DNA from: Salpingoeca rosetta
Lineage: Eukaryota; Protista; Choanoflagellata
Reading direction: 5' to 3'
Length of the DNA stretch: 64,000 nucleotides
Assembly: GCA_033442325.1 (NCBI GenBank)
Contig: JAWQFM010000021.1
Coordinates: forward strand, 14,290-78,289
The position numbers and the translations under genes were made by a program. Of this stretch, positions 1-31,362 are shown piece by piece. The notes under the pieces are model-generated. The model saw only the letters and a program-made list of their open reading frames with translations. It made no database searches and was not told the DNA's origin. Within the stretch, counting starts at the first letter, position 1. The number at the start of each line of letters is the position of its first letter.

Positions 1-597
1 GAATCTCATGGGGAGAAGCAAGAAGGAGAGGAGAGAGAAGAGAGTGGAGAAGAGAAGGTGCTGTGAGCAGAGGAGAAGAGAAGGCAGGGTGTCTGTGAAC
101 GTGCCCCGAAGGAGCAAGCCCGGACCCCGCGCACCGACAAGGGCGAACGCGCACAAGCGGGAAGAAAAAGAAGCAGGTCACCAACAAGGAGAAGAACAAC
201 AGCAACGGGTCACGGAGGCCAACAAAAAGGGTCGCGTTGATGTGTCTGCACGTGAATGTGGTGAGGTCGCGCACGTTTGTGGTTGTGGTGGCGTTTTCGA
301 GCACAATGGTGTCTGCTCTGGGCTGCCGTGCTTCGTGCGTTCTGGATGAAGGCTGCCGGAGGTCCGGCATGGCAATGTCTCAGCCTGCATGCTTGGGTCC
401 GGGAGTAGTCGAGGCAGACCCCGCCCGCCCTCTTTGCTGAACACCAGCTGCGTGCCTGAGCTGATGCGCTAAGCCTTGCACAGGCACGTGTCGAGGGGGC
501 GCCTTGAGCAAACAGCAGTGTGCCGCACACCATCTGGAGCACGGTGGGCCAGGAAGACGCCATGGTGCAGGTGGTGTTGGCATGAACCATGCACACA

Positions 598-653
<56 letters not shown>

Positions 654-843
654 CACACGCACACACACACACACACACACACCTCCTCAACGCTGTGAAA
701 TGTGTGTGCACAGACACAAGATGGGAGAGAATGCAGGGGATGAGGTTGACAGCGACGCATCATCAACCACACGCCAGCCCCATTTCAACCACCCACACTG
801 ACACACAACCACACGCACACATGTTGTCCCCACTCACCACCAC

Positions 844-893
<50 letters not shown>

Positions 894-3219
894 CTCACCT
901 CTTCATCAGAGCGGCTGACACGTGCAATGTCTGCCTCACGCCAGATTGGGGCTGGCGTCGGCCGGAGTGTGATGGCGGCTGTGCAGTCGATGGCGATGGT
1001 GATGATAGCGGAGCTGAGGTGGAAGAGAGAGAAAGGAGAGAGAAATGGGGAAGGTTGATGATGATGGGTCGTTCATGGCGGCTGCTTTCCCCTCCTCTGA
1101 TGTTGCCCTGGTGCCCATGTAACCAACACACAACGACAAGACACAACGACATCATCACACACAAGGTACAGAAATGGCATGTGAGCACAGCAGGCGTGTT
1201 CACCTTCCTATTCCCTCCTCTGCTTTCCTCCTCCTCGCCCACGACACACACACACACACACACACACACACCTGCTGCACATGACTGCGTCGCTGTGGTT
1301 AGATGTGTCCACCATGACCATGGACGTGTGTGTCCACAGCTGCTTCTCCCAACCCATCATGTGTGCACCCGCCCATCATCCTCCAACGATCCTCAGGCAG
1401 CCATCCCCTGCATACACATCCACACACACACACACACACTTTGCATGTGAGCTGCACAGCTACACTGGTGCACGAGGCACAGCAGCAGCAACACCAAACA
1501 CCCACAGCAGCAACAACACCAACACATGCACCATGTGGCAACCAAAGCATGCATGATGGGCTCACCTCGCTCAAGCACATGGGAACACTGCATGAGCACA
1601 GCAGCGGCAGCTGAATCGGGGAAGTTGCAGCAGCAGCAGTCGGCATGCGAGCCCGCTTCCATCATTACCATCCTGATGTGTGCTGGTACCTCACCACCTG
1701 TGCATATGTGTGTGTGTGTGTGGTTGCAGGGAACGTGGATGGGAACAGAACACAACAGGCACAGAGCAAGCCATCATGTCAGCACAGCAGAAGAAGTGAT
1801 TGACATCACACGCAACACGTGTGTGTGTGTGTGTGCGTGTGTGTGTCAGTGTGTGCGACCATCATCCCCCATCAACCTTCTTCCCTTGTTCACTTCACCG
1901 CACCCCATCACCGCCACCACATCCCATCACACACACCACCAACCACTCATCACCAACCTCCCATCACCACCCACATACCATGTGTGATACGAGTGCAGCT
2001 GGCACGCGTGGCAAGTATCCTCGACATTTCCCTCATCCTGCTGTCTGTGCGTGTGCATCACCTGCAAGTGTGTTTGTGTGCGAGCACCAGCATGGTGAGT
2101 GAGTGGGAGGGAAAGAGGGAGTATGGATATGTGCGCAGTCACACTGCTGCTGCCACTGCTGCAGATGTTGTGCATGCATGTGTGTGAAGGAGGAGAAAGG
2201 GAAGAGAGAAAACTGAAAACAGAGGGAAGGAACAAGACATGCTCCATCCATCCCTCTTCCTCACACCACACACCATCATCCTCTGTCATCAGCCAGCCAC
2301 ACCACACCACACCACACCACACTCACCCAGCATCCCCCACCCCACCTCATCCCATCCATCCATCCATTCAACACACATCTCCTCTCCTTTTCCCTCTCTT
2401 CCAGCACTCACCTCTGCTTGCTGCTGCCCGCCGAAATGCAACTTGTGCTGTCGCGACCTGTTCCCAGCTGCAAACAACCAGCTTCCGTCAGCAGCAGCGG
2501 GCGATGGGCTGGTTGGTTGGTTGGGTAGTTGGGGAATGTGTTCAGCAGCAAGTGATGGTGGTGCTGGTGCTGCTACTGCTGCTGCTGCATCGGCGGTGGA
2601 GGGTGTGTTGGCTGCTGCTGCTGTTGTTGTTGTGATGGCCGCCAGGGAGGGCGAGAAAGAGAGGGGAAGATAAGCAGCAGCTGCAAGGTGGAGAATGCGC
2701 AGGGGTGCAGGCGGTTGTGTGTGAGAACGACGAGTGAGACAGCGCATCACGCAAAGCAAAACAGGCAGCCACACCACACACATGCATGCACATTGATGTG
2801 GGACAACAAGGGGAGACAGGAGCAGCAGAGTCAGCGACCACAAAACACGCACACTGGTGCTGTGCTCACCACATCAACACACATGCAGTGATGCACTCAC
2901 GTTGCTCACCGCTTGCTTGTTTGTGGTGTGTGTTGGTGTTGCAGCTTCCACGGCCGCACAAGCGTGGCTGGATGGTCATCACATGGCAACGCCCGTCTGT
3001 TCATCCCACCGGAGCAGCGGTGATTGGTGGAGGGGGAGGGGGTGACAGCTGCTGGCTCAAGGGCCCTCTGTGTGGCGACAGCAGAAAGAAGCAGCAACAA
3101 GCGTGGAGGGTGGACTGGTGGTTTTTTGGTGTGTGTGCGATTTTCCTCTTCCTCCTCTTGTTCTTGCTTGCTGGCTTGCTGGCTCTGCCTTGATAAATGG
3201 CTTGTCTTGCTCTTCTGTC

Positions 3220-3338
3220 GGCAACGTTCATACCAACGGGATCACGCCCGCTCTCGTCCGATCGCGGAAGCTAAGCCCATTTGGGCCCGTTCAGTACTGC
3301 CGTGGGTGACCAGGCGGGAATCACGGGTGATGTTGCTC
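3220..3338 (+). rRNA. 5S ribosomal RNA gene
   Basis: 119-nt sequence GGCAACGTTCATACC...GATCGCGGAAGCTAAGC...CAGTACT...TGGGTGACC...GGGAAT...GGGTGATGTTGCT has the eukaryotic 5S landmarks (CATACC, box A AGCTAAGC, AGTACT, box C region). The 5' GGCAACG pairs with the 3' TGTTGCT (helix I). Confidence 0.96.
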
Positions 3339-3344
3339 TCTTCC

Positions 3345-3353
3345 TTTTTTTTT
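3345..3353 (+). terminator. Pol III oligo-T terminator of the 5S gene
   Basis: T9 run a few bases after the 5S 3' end. Confidence 0.8.
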
Positions 3354-3642
3354 CTCTCTCCCATATGGGCCTGCTGTGCTGCGCTGGTTGCTGTGGTACT
3401 GTCTCCCTCTTCCCTCTTGGTTTGGCTTGTTGCTTGGTTCGGTTTACTTCTTGTTCTTCTTCTTTGCTTGCTGACTTGCTTGCTTCCACTTCGTGGGGAG
3501 AAGAGGTGGTGGCGTGTGTTGGCTCATCTCCTCTCTCTCTTGTTGCTTTGTCTGCAGCACTGCTGTGCTTCACACACACACACACACACAGCCTGCCTGA
3601 CATCGTGTCATCTCAACGCATTTATTTCCATGCACACACACA

Positions 3643-3679
<37 letters not shown>

Positions 3680-3698
3680 GCGCGCGCGCAGTCTCACA

Positions 3699-3761
<63 letters not shown>

Positions 3762-3763
<2 letters not shown>

Positions 3764-4291
3764 TCTCACGGTATTCGCGACCAATGGCGGTGTCGAAGAT
3801 GTGACCCTTGAATCTCGTCTCGTACACGTCCGCAGAGAACACCTCGCTCCACAGATAGCCGTAGTACTGCACGTGTTGTGGGTAGCATTAGCATTGCACA
3901 TGCCAGTACGCAAAAGGGTCAAGTGAGAGCACGAAGGTTGTGCACCGTGACACAGCCCAACCACCCACTGGTTGGTCCTTTGAGGGGCGAGCGGTCGCAT
4001 GCCTGACCTGCGCATCGTAGCCGCCGGCAAGGTGCCCGAAGGAGGCTGCAAAGTTGGTGTTGGGGCTGGCGGGGTAGCGGCAAATCTCAGTGCACAGCTC
4101 CGCAAACAGCTCGGCCGTGTTTACCTGTTCACACACGCGGGAGGCGAAGCAACGAAAGGCGTGGGAAAGAGGCGTGGCACGAGACCCGAGACATCCATGC
4201 GTTCAACCACACGTTGAGGCACACACACACACACGCACATACACACGCACACACGCACACACGCACACACACACACACGCACATACACACG

Positions 4292-4342
<51 letters not shown>

Positions 4343-5585
4343 CTACCTCTGGTTGGGAGTGAATGGTCTGGTCGAAGGTGGCGTACAGGATCTGCCGCTT
4401 CGTGAGGATGCCCGCATTTGCAACACGCGACTTGATCAGCGCCGAGATCAGCTCATCTGTTTGAGCGGCAGTGTGTACAAGCGCGTGGGTGAATGGGGAA
4501 GATGCAGAGCGAACCACACGAGCAGCTCATGCATCCTTAAATGCGCGGCTGACCTGGGAGCTTCTCGCCAGTCTGGTAGTGGGCGGACATGCGCAGGAGG
4601 GCGTCCTTCTCCCACACCCAATTCTCAAGCATCTGCACCAGGATGGGCAAGGAGAAAACAAGATGAGACAGACGGCTGAAGGCACAACAGCCAGCGTGAT
4701 CTGCACACAGACAAATAGCTGGAGAGGGAGAGAGAATGATAGGGAAAACAACCAGACAGACAGACAGACAGACAAGAAAGCGCCCTTCCTGGCCAAGCAC
4801 AGAAAGCAAGCGCAGGCCTTCACCCGCCCACCCTTGTTGGTTACCTGTGACGGGAGCTCGACGAAATCGCGCTCGACCTTGGTGCCGGCAAAGATGGCGA
4901 GCTGCGCGAGGGAGCAGAGCTGGTGCATGCCGTGCCCAAACTCGTGGAAGAACGTTTCAACCTCGTCGTGGAGGAGGAGGGCCGGGGCGCTGTCCGTTGG
5001 GCGGCTGAAGTTGCACAGCAGTGCCGCAACGGGGACAAGGCGACCACCTGTACCATGCGATTGGGTTGAGGATGCGATTAGTATACGCAAGTGTTAAAGC
5101 GTGTGAGGATACATCTACGCAGGGCAAGCACTCTGCAGGAGAGCAATGACGTGCATGTGCACCAGGGGAGCAATGGTGCACACAGAAATGAACGACAACG
5201 CTTGCTTGCTTCGCGTGCTCACCATCGGCTGTGGCGCAGGACGGCTGGAGGCCCCAGCACGCGGCGTGGGAGTATTTCCCTTCGCGCGGGTGCAGGTCGA
5301 GGTGGAAATACCCGAGCAGCTTCCCGCTCTCCTTGTCGCTCACCTGCACCATTGGCGGCGGGACGGGACAAACAGGAAGCATACACACACGAACACGGTT
5401 GATACGTAACGAGAAAGACGTGAATCCAGTGTACATGCGAGCGGGCAGCTGTTGACTGCTGAGTTTACACTGCAAAATAGTCTCCCTGCTGCAGATACAA
5501 ACACAGAGAGGCACCAGAAGCAGAGGAAGAGAGATGCGCATACACGCACAAGGAGAACAAGGAGACATACACAGGTAACCACACG

Positions 5586-5636
<51 letters not shown>

Positions 5637-6395
5637 ATGCACCAGCACACAGACGGCACACACATGCACGCACGCTTGCGCCACCTTGAATGTCATGTCC
5701 TCGTCGTGCCACTTCTCGAGCGCCGCTGTCTCCTCAATGCGCAGTGACAGCACGTCCTCGTAGATGGCCATCAGGCCTTTGGTCACCGTGTCGAGGGGGA
5801 AGTATTCCTTGATCTTCTGGTGGTCAACCTGAAACTGCTCTTTCTCCACCTGAGAACAAACAAACAAACAAACAAACAAACAAACAAACAAACAAACAAA
5901 CAAACAAACAAACAAACAAACAAACAAACAAACAACAATAACAAACAAACAAACAACAACAACAACAAACAAACAAACAACAACAAACAAACAACAACAA
6001 CAACAACAACAACAACAATAACAACAAACAACACACACACACACACACAAACGCGCAAGAGTGAGGAGCAAGTAGTGGTCGGGGAGCCTGCAGCGGCGTT
6101 TGTGGACAGGATGGAGGCTGTGTGCATGTGTGAGGGTGTGTGTTGGTGATGGTTCAACAATCGCACCTTGTTGAGGTAGAAGCTGATGTCCCACGGGTTG
6201 AGGGCGACGTCGTCAGAGGCGGCGATGCTCTCTTGCTCCCGTTTCAGCGCCTTGATCGTCTCGAGCTCTTTGTCCTACATCATGGTTTCCACAAACGAAG
6301 AGTACGGGTAACATTGGTGAATACCAGCGCGTGGGCGGGCGCGTACACAAACACAAACAGACCTATACAGCCAGAGAGTCACCACAGGCACACAG

Positions 6396-6443
<48 letters not shown>

Positions 6444-6909
6444 CGACACACCTGTGCAAGAATAAGTAGACTCGACGCGTCTCCCATGATAATAAAGTAA
6501 AGACAAGGGCGTATACTTTTGATGATGGGGTGATAATGTCTCCTACATCAGTACCAATGGGCCGACTATGCTTGGTATGCTAATCGTCCCTTTAGTCCTC
6601 TCAGTGCTCTAATCTATGCAAAATCGGGTGTGTTAGGCGTAGATTTTGGATGATCCCTAACTGATGTCTCATTAGTACCGCAACTCTAATAGGGGCACGT
6701 GTGCTTGATGTCTCGCGCGTGTAGGGGCTTGTCTGAGGCGGCGTTCTCTCTGCTTCCCTTTTAGAGCCTTGTTCTTCTTCAGCTCTTTGTCCTACATCAT
6801 GGTTTCCCAAACGAAGAGTATCGGGTAACATTGGTGAATACCAGCGCGTGGGTGGGTTGGTGTCCACAAACACAACAGACCTATACAGCCAGAGAGTCTC
6901 CACAGACAC

Positions 6910-6962
<53 letters not shown>

Positions 6963-6994
6963 CACAGCCACACAGACCCACGCACACACAGACC

Positions 6995-7031
<37 letters not shown>

Positions 7032-7709
7032 ACACAGACACACACACACAGACACACAGACACACACACACAGACACACACACACAGACACACCCCGCCC
7101 ACCGACCTGCAGCGGGGTGAGCCTGTTTCCGAGGTCCTTGAGAAACTCCACAACGGTTTCAGGCGTCTTCGCCATCCGCTCCTCCGTGATGAAATGCGCG
7201 TGTGTTTTGTACCCGAGCAGCTGTCGTCAAGATGAAGACGGAGAAGAAGAAATAGGAAAGGGGTGAGTGTGACGCCACGCTAAAGAGTCCAAGCACTAGC
7301 CAGCAACAGCAGCAGCAACAGCGATGGATGCATGGCAGCTGCGTCGTCACAGCCGTTGCGTCTCACTTGCGCTTTCTCGTGGCGGAGACGGACGAGCTCC
7401 TCAATGATGGGCGTGTTCGTGTCGATGCAGCGGGAGGTGAAGGCGTTTTCCATCCTCTTGCGCGTGTCGGGCACCTGGTTGTGTGTGCGTGTGTGAGGGG
7501 AGAGAATGGCAAGAGTGTGAAGGGAGAGAGGAGCTGAGGGTGGTGGGGCATGCGCATGATCACACGCAGGAAGACAGGTAGGATGGCAGATACACACAGA
7601 CACACGCACAGATAAACACACACAGACACAAAAAGTCCAACAAACACAACCAACACACACACACACACAGACACACACACACAGACACAGACACACACAC
7701 ACACACACA

Positions 7710-7750
<41 letters not shown>

Positions 7751-8530
7751 AAGCAGTGCGTCACCCAATGTGGTGGCACCTGGCAGAGACGCATGACGGG
7801 GCGGTAGTGCGGGTACTTGAGGGTGAGCTCGAATTTGCCCTCGCTGTCGTTGTTGAGACCGGAGAGGAAGTCGTCTGGCATGCCCTGCAGCTGATCTTTG
7901 GTGAAGTACAGCTTCGTCTTGTCCTCGCTCAGGTTCTCAGAGAGCTGAAACCGACACGCAGAAATTGGGTGGGGTATTGCCATCGTCAAGACAAGAAACT
8001 CAACGATAGTGCGCGCGCGTGTGTGAATGTGAGTGTGTGCGTGAGTGTGTGTGAATGTGAGTGTGTGTGTGTGCGTGTGTGAGAGACGGGATACTCAATA
8101 CTGGTCATTGTCCAGCACGGCACATTGTCATGTGCTCACCTGAATCCCCAGCGTGGCGCAGCGCTTGTTGATCTCTTTGACCTGTCACAAGCAGTGCCAG
8201 CAAGCACACAAGCACGTGCAATTCATTCATGTGGGTGTGAGCCTCGTCCACTGGCCAAGGTGCCAGGTCAACGTTGCATCTGACACTGCACATGGCCGCG
8301 AGTCCCACCTTGTTGCGGGTTTCCTCGTCGAGATGAAGACCAACGCGACGGTAGTCACGCAGCGTTCGATCCAGGTAGCGCTTCTCCTCGCCTGTGGCAC
8401 AGAGAGGTTCCAAGTACACATGCAGTTGGGCCGATCATGAACACTGTGCATTCGGTGTGATTCGAGACATCTCAGCCCATTAATCCAGAGAACAGTCAAG
8501 AAATGAGGTGGCACATCAGCACAAGTCATG

Positions 8531-8580
<50 letters not shown>

Positions 8581-9171
8581 TGGGAGTGAATCTGACCGTG
8601 CAGCTCCTGTTTCGTGTCTTCGAAAGCTTGGAAGGCGAGATAGACGTCGTGTCGGGAGCTGATGTCCACGCGCAGATCGCTGAGGATCTTGTCGGCCTCA
8701 CGGGCGGCCTTGCGGACTTCCTCGTTGGCTGCGTGCAACATCACACACGAATGGCGCAAATGTCAATGAGGTTGTGCGAGTTGCGGGCGATAAAGCACAG
8801 TCGCCAGACCAGTCGGTCAAACTGTAAATCGGGAATGCGGCGTCAGATGTGGCTCCAACATATGAGCTGGTTGAAATGGCATTTTGTTGCTTGTTCGCGT
8901 GCACTTACTGGAGACATGCTGGGGGAAGGTGAGGATACTGTCGAGGACGTGGAACTGCAGATCGAGCTGAGTCTTGAGCGCACACACTGAGTCCCACGTT
9001 GGTTTCTCCTTGGCAGCCGCAATCTGCACCACGGTGTGCATGCATGCGTGTGTATGCGTTGTGAAGACCGCAGAACGAGTGAGGCAGAGAAGCAAGGCGG
9101 CAAAGTGGCAGGGTGGGACACAGTGGCAGACAGGACTCAAGTGGACGCATGCAAACATTCGCACATTCGTT

Positions 9172-9207
<36 letters not shown>

Positions 9208-9208
9208 T

Positions 9209-9291
<83 letters not shown>

Positions 9292-9342
9292 TACGCACAC
9301 ACACACACACGCACACACGCACGCACATACACACGCACATAC

Positions 9343-9426
<84 letters not shown>

Positions 9427-9583
9427 TGGCACACGTTTCAAGGGCCGTGTCCGAGAAGGCCTTGGCAGCCTCCACGATGGCGGGAGCAGACATGTCCCAC
9501 CAGCGACCACACTCGATTAGAGGGCCATCTCCACCTCCGCGCTTGAGCTTTGTCAGCACTTCACCAAGCAGAGCCGTCGCCAT
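3762..9583 (-). CDS. Thimet oligopeptidase / neurolysin-like M3A metallopeptidase (multi-exon; final exon not visible)
   Basis: Exons encode [18 protein letters not shown] (HExxH), [71 protein letters not shown] and [12 protein letters not shown] boundaries. Start ATG at 9583. Confidence 0.93.
5856..6030 (+). repeat. (AAAC)n / (AAC)n microsatellite in an intron
   Basis: Directly visible tandem repeat. Confidence 0.95.
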
Positions 9584-9704
9584 TGTCGTTGTCTCTCAAC
9601 CAAGGCTATCACACACAGGTTCACTTGTCGTTTCGTTGTTCGTTTGGATTGCCGAAAATGAACAAAAGACATTCACAAATCATCTACAACGCAGGCAGAG
9701 CCGG

Positions 9705-17790
<8,086 letters not shown>

Positions 17791-17947
17791 CTTGTGTGCG
17801 TGTGTGCTGTGTGTGTGCGTGTGGGTGTGTCTGTGTGCGTGTGCTTGGTGCCCGTCTGCGTGTGTCTGTGTGCGTGTGTCTGTGTGCGTGTGCTGTGGAG
17901 TCGATTTACAAGCCAGTCGTTGCTTCGTCGTCGTCGTCGTTGTTTGC

Positions 17948-18025
17948 GTTTTCGTTTGGCAACCAAATTCATGGGCGATTGGCAATATCTTATAGGGAAT
18001 CCGCACAGCGAGAAACGGCGCGAAG
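17948..18025. promoter_or_regulatory. Candidate bidirectional promoter for CSPP1-like/FANCD2 with X-box-like, CCAAT and E2F-like motifs
   Basis: GTTTTCGTTTGGCAAC at 17948-17963, ATTGG at 17978-17982 and GGCGCGAA at 18017-18024, between divergent genes. Confidence 0.4.
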
Positions 18026-18143
18026 AAGACAAAACGACTGCTGGTGGCAGGAACGTGTTTGGACAGTCGCAGCAGCAGCGGCAGTGGCAGTGTTGGTGTT
18101 GTGCTTGCTTGCGAAGCGCCCTTCCCACCGCTCCACGGTTACG

Positions 18144-27680
<9,537 letters not shown>

Positions 27681-28431
27681 CGTTGTCCAGTTGGCTGTGG
27701 GTGTCATTTCAAATCACATCACAACGTGTCAACCCCAATTTTTTCTAACTGTCCTGTACTCACACATCAACATCCAAGTGCGACATGAAGCGTCTTCTCC
27801 ACACAGCCATAAAGCAGTTGTATCTTCCTTTCACATCGTGCAGACGGACACACACACACACACACACACCACTTGCGTCACTTAAGTGCCTGTGTCCGTG
27901 TTGCTGTGTTCGCCTTGTTGTGTTGTGTATGTGTGCCGCACACGTGTGCATGACCACGAGCGTAACATTCACGTCACAGGCACTGTACTTTGCGATAGTC
28001 GCCGCGACGCCACACCAAAACCAACAGAGAGCTAATCGACCACGTGCATGTGCGTGTACGTCACCACACTTTACACTTTCGGCAAACACACACACACACA
28101 CACTGCTGCACGCTGCCACAAAACACCAGCAGCCAACGTCAGGCAGACAGACACAGACAGACACAGACACAACACAGACAGACACACAACACAAACACAC
28201 ACAGACACACAACACAAACACACACACAACACACACAGACACACAGACACACAGACACACACAGACACACACTTGTGGAACGCTGCGAAAAAGAAGAAGA
28301 CGAAGAACGAGGAACAAGGGGAGAACAAAAGGTCGAGCGAATCAAGAAAACCCCCGAGACGCACATCAAAGCAAAACGAAAAGAGGATTGTCGGGGGTTG
28401 GCCACGACAACGCTTGCTGAGCGCGCGCAAT

Positions 28432-29802
28432 CTAGATCTGGGCGTAGTTGCCGCGGGAAGCGGTGCCCTTGAGCTTGGCGGTGGTGAAGTAGAAGCCGTC
28501 CTGCACGAGGCCGGGCAGGGACGCCCAGAACTCGCGGTTGGGGATCATCTCCACGCCGCGCCTGCCCTGCGCACCGCCGAGGTAGACGGCGCCGAGCACA
28601 AAGTAACCGAGCAGGACGCCAAAGAAAACACCAAGGACAATGGCACCGCCGTCCGTCTTCTTCTTGCCATTGTGGCTGGGGCCGTGAGGGGGAGAGTTGG
28701 TGCAGTGTTTGCTGGGCATGTTGATGTTGAAGTTGTAGGTGAGGCCAGACTCGCCCGTCTCCTGCATGTTGGTGTACTTGGCGCCAAACTGGCATTGCGC
28801 CTTGATGCTCATGGACCGCCCGTTTGTGCCACCGGTCGCGGTGATGGTCAGGTCGTTGGTGGAGTTGTCATACGCCCAGTTGATGAGGTTGGCCTTGGCC
28901 AGGCTGTAGCAGCCTTGGCCGTCCAGGCGCACCTGCGCGCCGAGCACGGAGCTGTCCTGCAGGGTGCAGTTGCTGCAAGTGGGTGTAAATCACACAAGGG
29001 GAGTGTGGTCATTTGTGTGAGCATGTGTGAGTTTGTGTTCTTGGGTGTGCATTTGAGTCTGTGTGTGCGTGTGTGTGCGTGCGTGCGTGTGTGTGTGTGT
29101 GTTGCAAGGTCCACACGCGCGTGTGGTTAGGAAGTGAATCACAGTTGCAGGCAACTGCAGGCAGACAAACTCACGGGAGCTTGGATGGCACGCCGTTGTT
29201 GGTGAACTGCACGTAGTACATGTACTGCAAGATCAAAAATCGTGGGATGGAAGGGGTAAGCTTGGGGAAGGCGCGGGCATCTTGAATCGTTCTGACACGA
29301 AGCAAAACCACAATCACAAGCACACACACACACAAGCACACACACACACACACGTACCCCGTTGGTTGTGTCCTTGGCGGTGAGCAGTGACTTGCCATCG
29401 GCACCCTTGATGGATGCAAGGTCAAAGCTGCAAGTGAATTAATTGCCCAGTTAGCATCACACGTGCAGAAGCATTTAATGCAATAGACAGAGACAAACAC
29501 AGACACAAGGACAGAGACAGAGACACTCATCTACACCCACACATTTCAACATACCCACGTACACCGACCCACATACACCCACGCACACACCCACGCACAC
29601 ATACATACACACACACACACATACGCACGCACATTTTCATTCAAACACACAGTCACACTAAACCATGGCATACTCACTACTGCTTGCCGCATTTGCGGAT
29701 GAGATCGTTGCCATTGACCGGCTGGCAGTTGACGGTGGCTGCGCGTACAGCAGTTGCGCTCAGCAGGGCCAACACCCCTGCAATAACAAGCAGCTTCGCC
29801 AT
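28432..29802 (-). CDS. Cation-dependent mannose-6-phosphate receptor / ATG27-like type I membrane protein (4 exons)
   Basis: Signal peptide MAKLLVIAGVLALLSATAVRA, Cys-containing lumenal domain, TM segment GAIVLGVFFGVLLGYFVLGAVY, family tail GVEMIPNREFWASLPGLVQDG and C-terminal YxxPhi (YAQI). Confidence 0.85.
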
Positions 29803-30167
29803 GATGTGACGTTGTCTCGCGTGTGCGTGTGTGTCTTTGTGTTGTCTTCGTTGTTGCTTCTCGCTCAGAAATGACTGCTCGTATCTGGTGCCGTCTCTGT
29901 TGTCTCCTCCAGCCACTGATTTTGCCTGACGCATGCCAAAACTTTTATCAAGCCAAGGCGCAACTGAATTCAGTTTACAATGATGACTCATTGGTTGTGT
30001 TGGTTTGGTTGTCTTTGTCTTGACTGACGTTTGCTTGCGTGCATGAACTGCACCAACACACACGCACACATGCTCACACACACGCACACATGATCACACA
30101 CACACACACACGCGCGCACCAACACACACACACACACACACATCGAATCACACATAGGGAGGTCGCG

Positions 30168-30198
<31 letters not shown>

Positions 30199-30327
30199 TA
30201 CAACAACTACAACAAAACAAAACAAGAATCACAACAACCTGCAAGCACGCACTCGGCACGTCTCTGTTTCACAATAGTCCTCCAAAACACAACACAACAC
30301 ACCCAAACAACACAACACACCCAGGTG

Positions 30328-31329
30328 TCAGAAGGAGCGGGGCGTCATGTCACGCGTGAGCGGGTGAGGTACGGGGCTGTTGGCTGGCTGGGGCCCGCTA
30401 AAGGTGTCCACAAACGCAGCAACGCTCGGTGTCACCACTTTGCTTGGGCCGTCCGTTCGCACGCCAGGTGCACCAACATCAACTACAACTTGGATTATGC
30501 GCGGCGCCCCCTGTGCCAGCACATGCGCCCACACCGTGTGCGCGTTTACCCGCTGCAGCACAAAGCTTCCCTCTGCCACACCAGGCCGCTGTAGCAGCTG
30601 CTGCGCCTCCACGGCGTCCATGTCCGCAGGAACATGTGTAGCCTGGCTTGTTCGGCGTGGCTGCTGCTGCGGCGGCTGCTGTTGTGGCGCCATCTGCGGC
30701 GCCCGTGTTGCTGCCTGTGCTCGTCCACCATAGCCGCCACCGTATGCACCACCTGAGCCATCACCTCGCTGCTGCTGCTCAGCTGGGATCTCCTCGTAGT
30801 CGCCACCAGCTTCCTCCGCAATGATGGAGTGCCGCGGAACAAACGGCTGGTTGGCAAACCTGGACGGGCGGGCCCCGCGACGACCACCACCGCGCCCACC
30901 ACCGCGCCCACCACGGCCTCGCTGGGACATGTGCGGGCGGTACCCTGCGCTTGGAGGCGTGGGCGGCTGGCGTGACGGCACACCCGCTCGCTGATCATCA
31001 TCACCGTACACGTCAATGTAGCCGACAGAGACGCGCGAATCAAGGGACACGCGGCCATTGTTGCCTGCAAGCAACTCCGCACCTTGCTCATTGCCGAAGC
31101 CAGGATCATCAAACGCTGACATGGGGCCAGGCGATCGCCCATATGCGCCAAGCCCTTGTTGCTGGTGTTGCTGGTGTTGCTGGTGTTGCTGGTGTTGCTG
31201 TTGCTGCCGACGTGCTTGATAAGGGTTGGAGGCCGGTGAGCGGTGGCGGCGGTGGTGGTGCCCAACACCAGCCACCATGGGTGTGTTTCTTCGCTGCGCC
31301 ACCCGACCACCAGTGTCACTACCGTCCGA

Positions 31330-31362
<33 letters not shown>

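Noticed and set aside
8400-8900. Non-repetitive introns considered as snoRNA hosts
   Set aside because: No convincing box C/D or H/ACA arrangement with terminal stems
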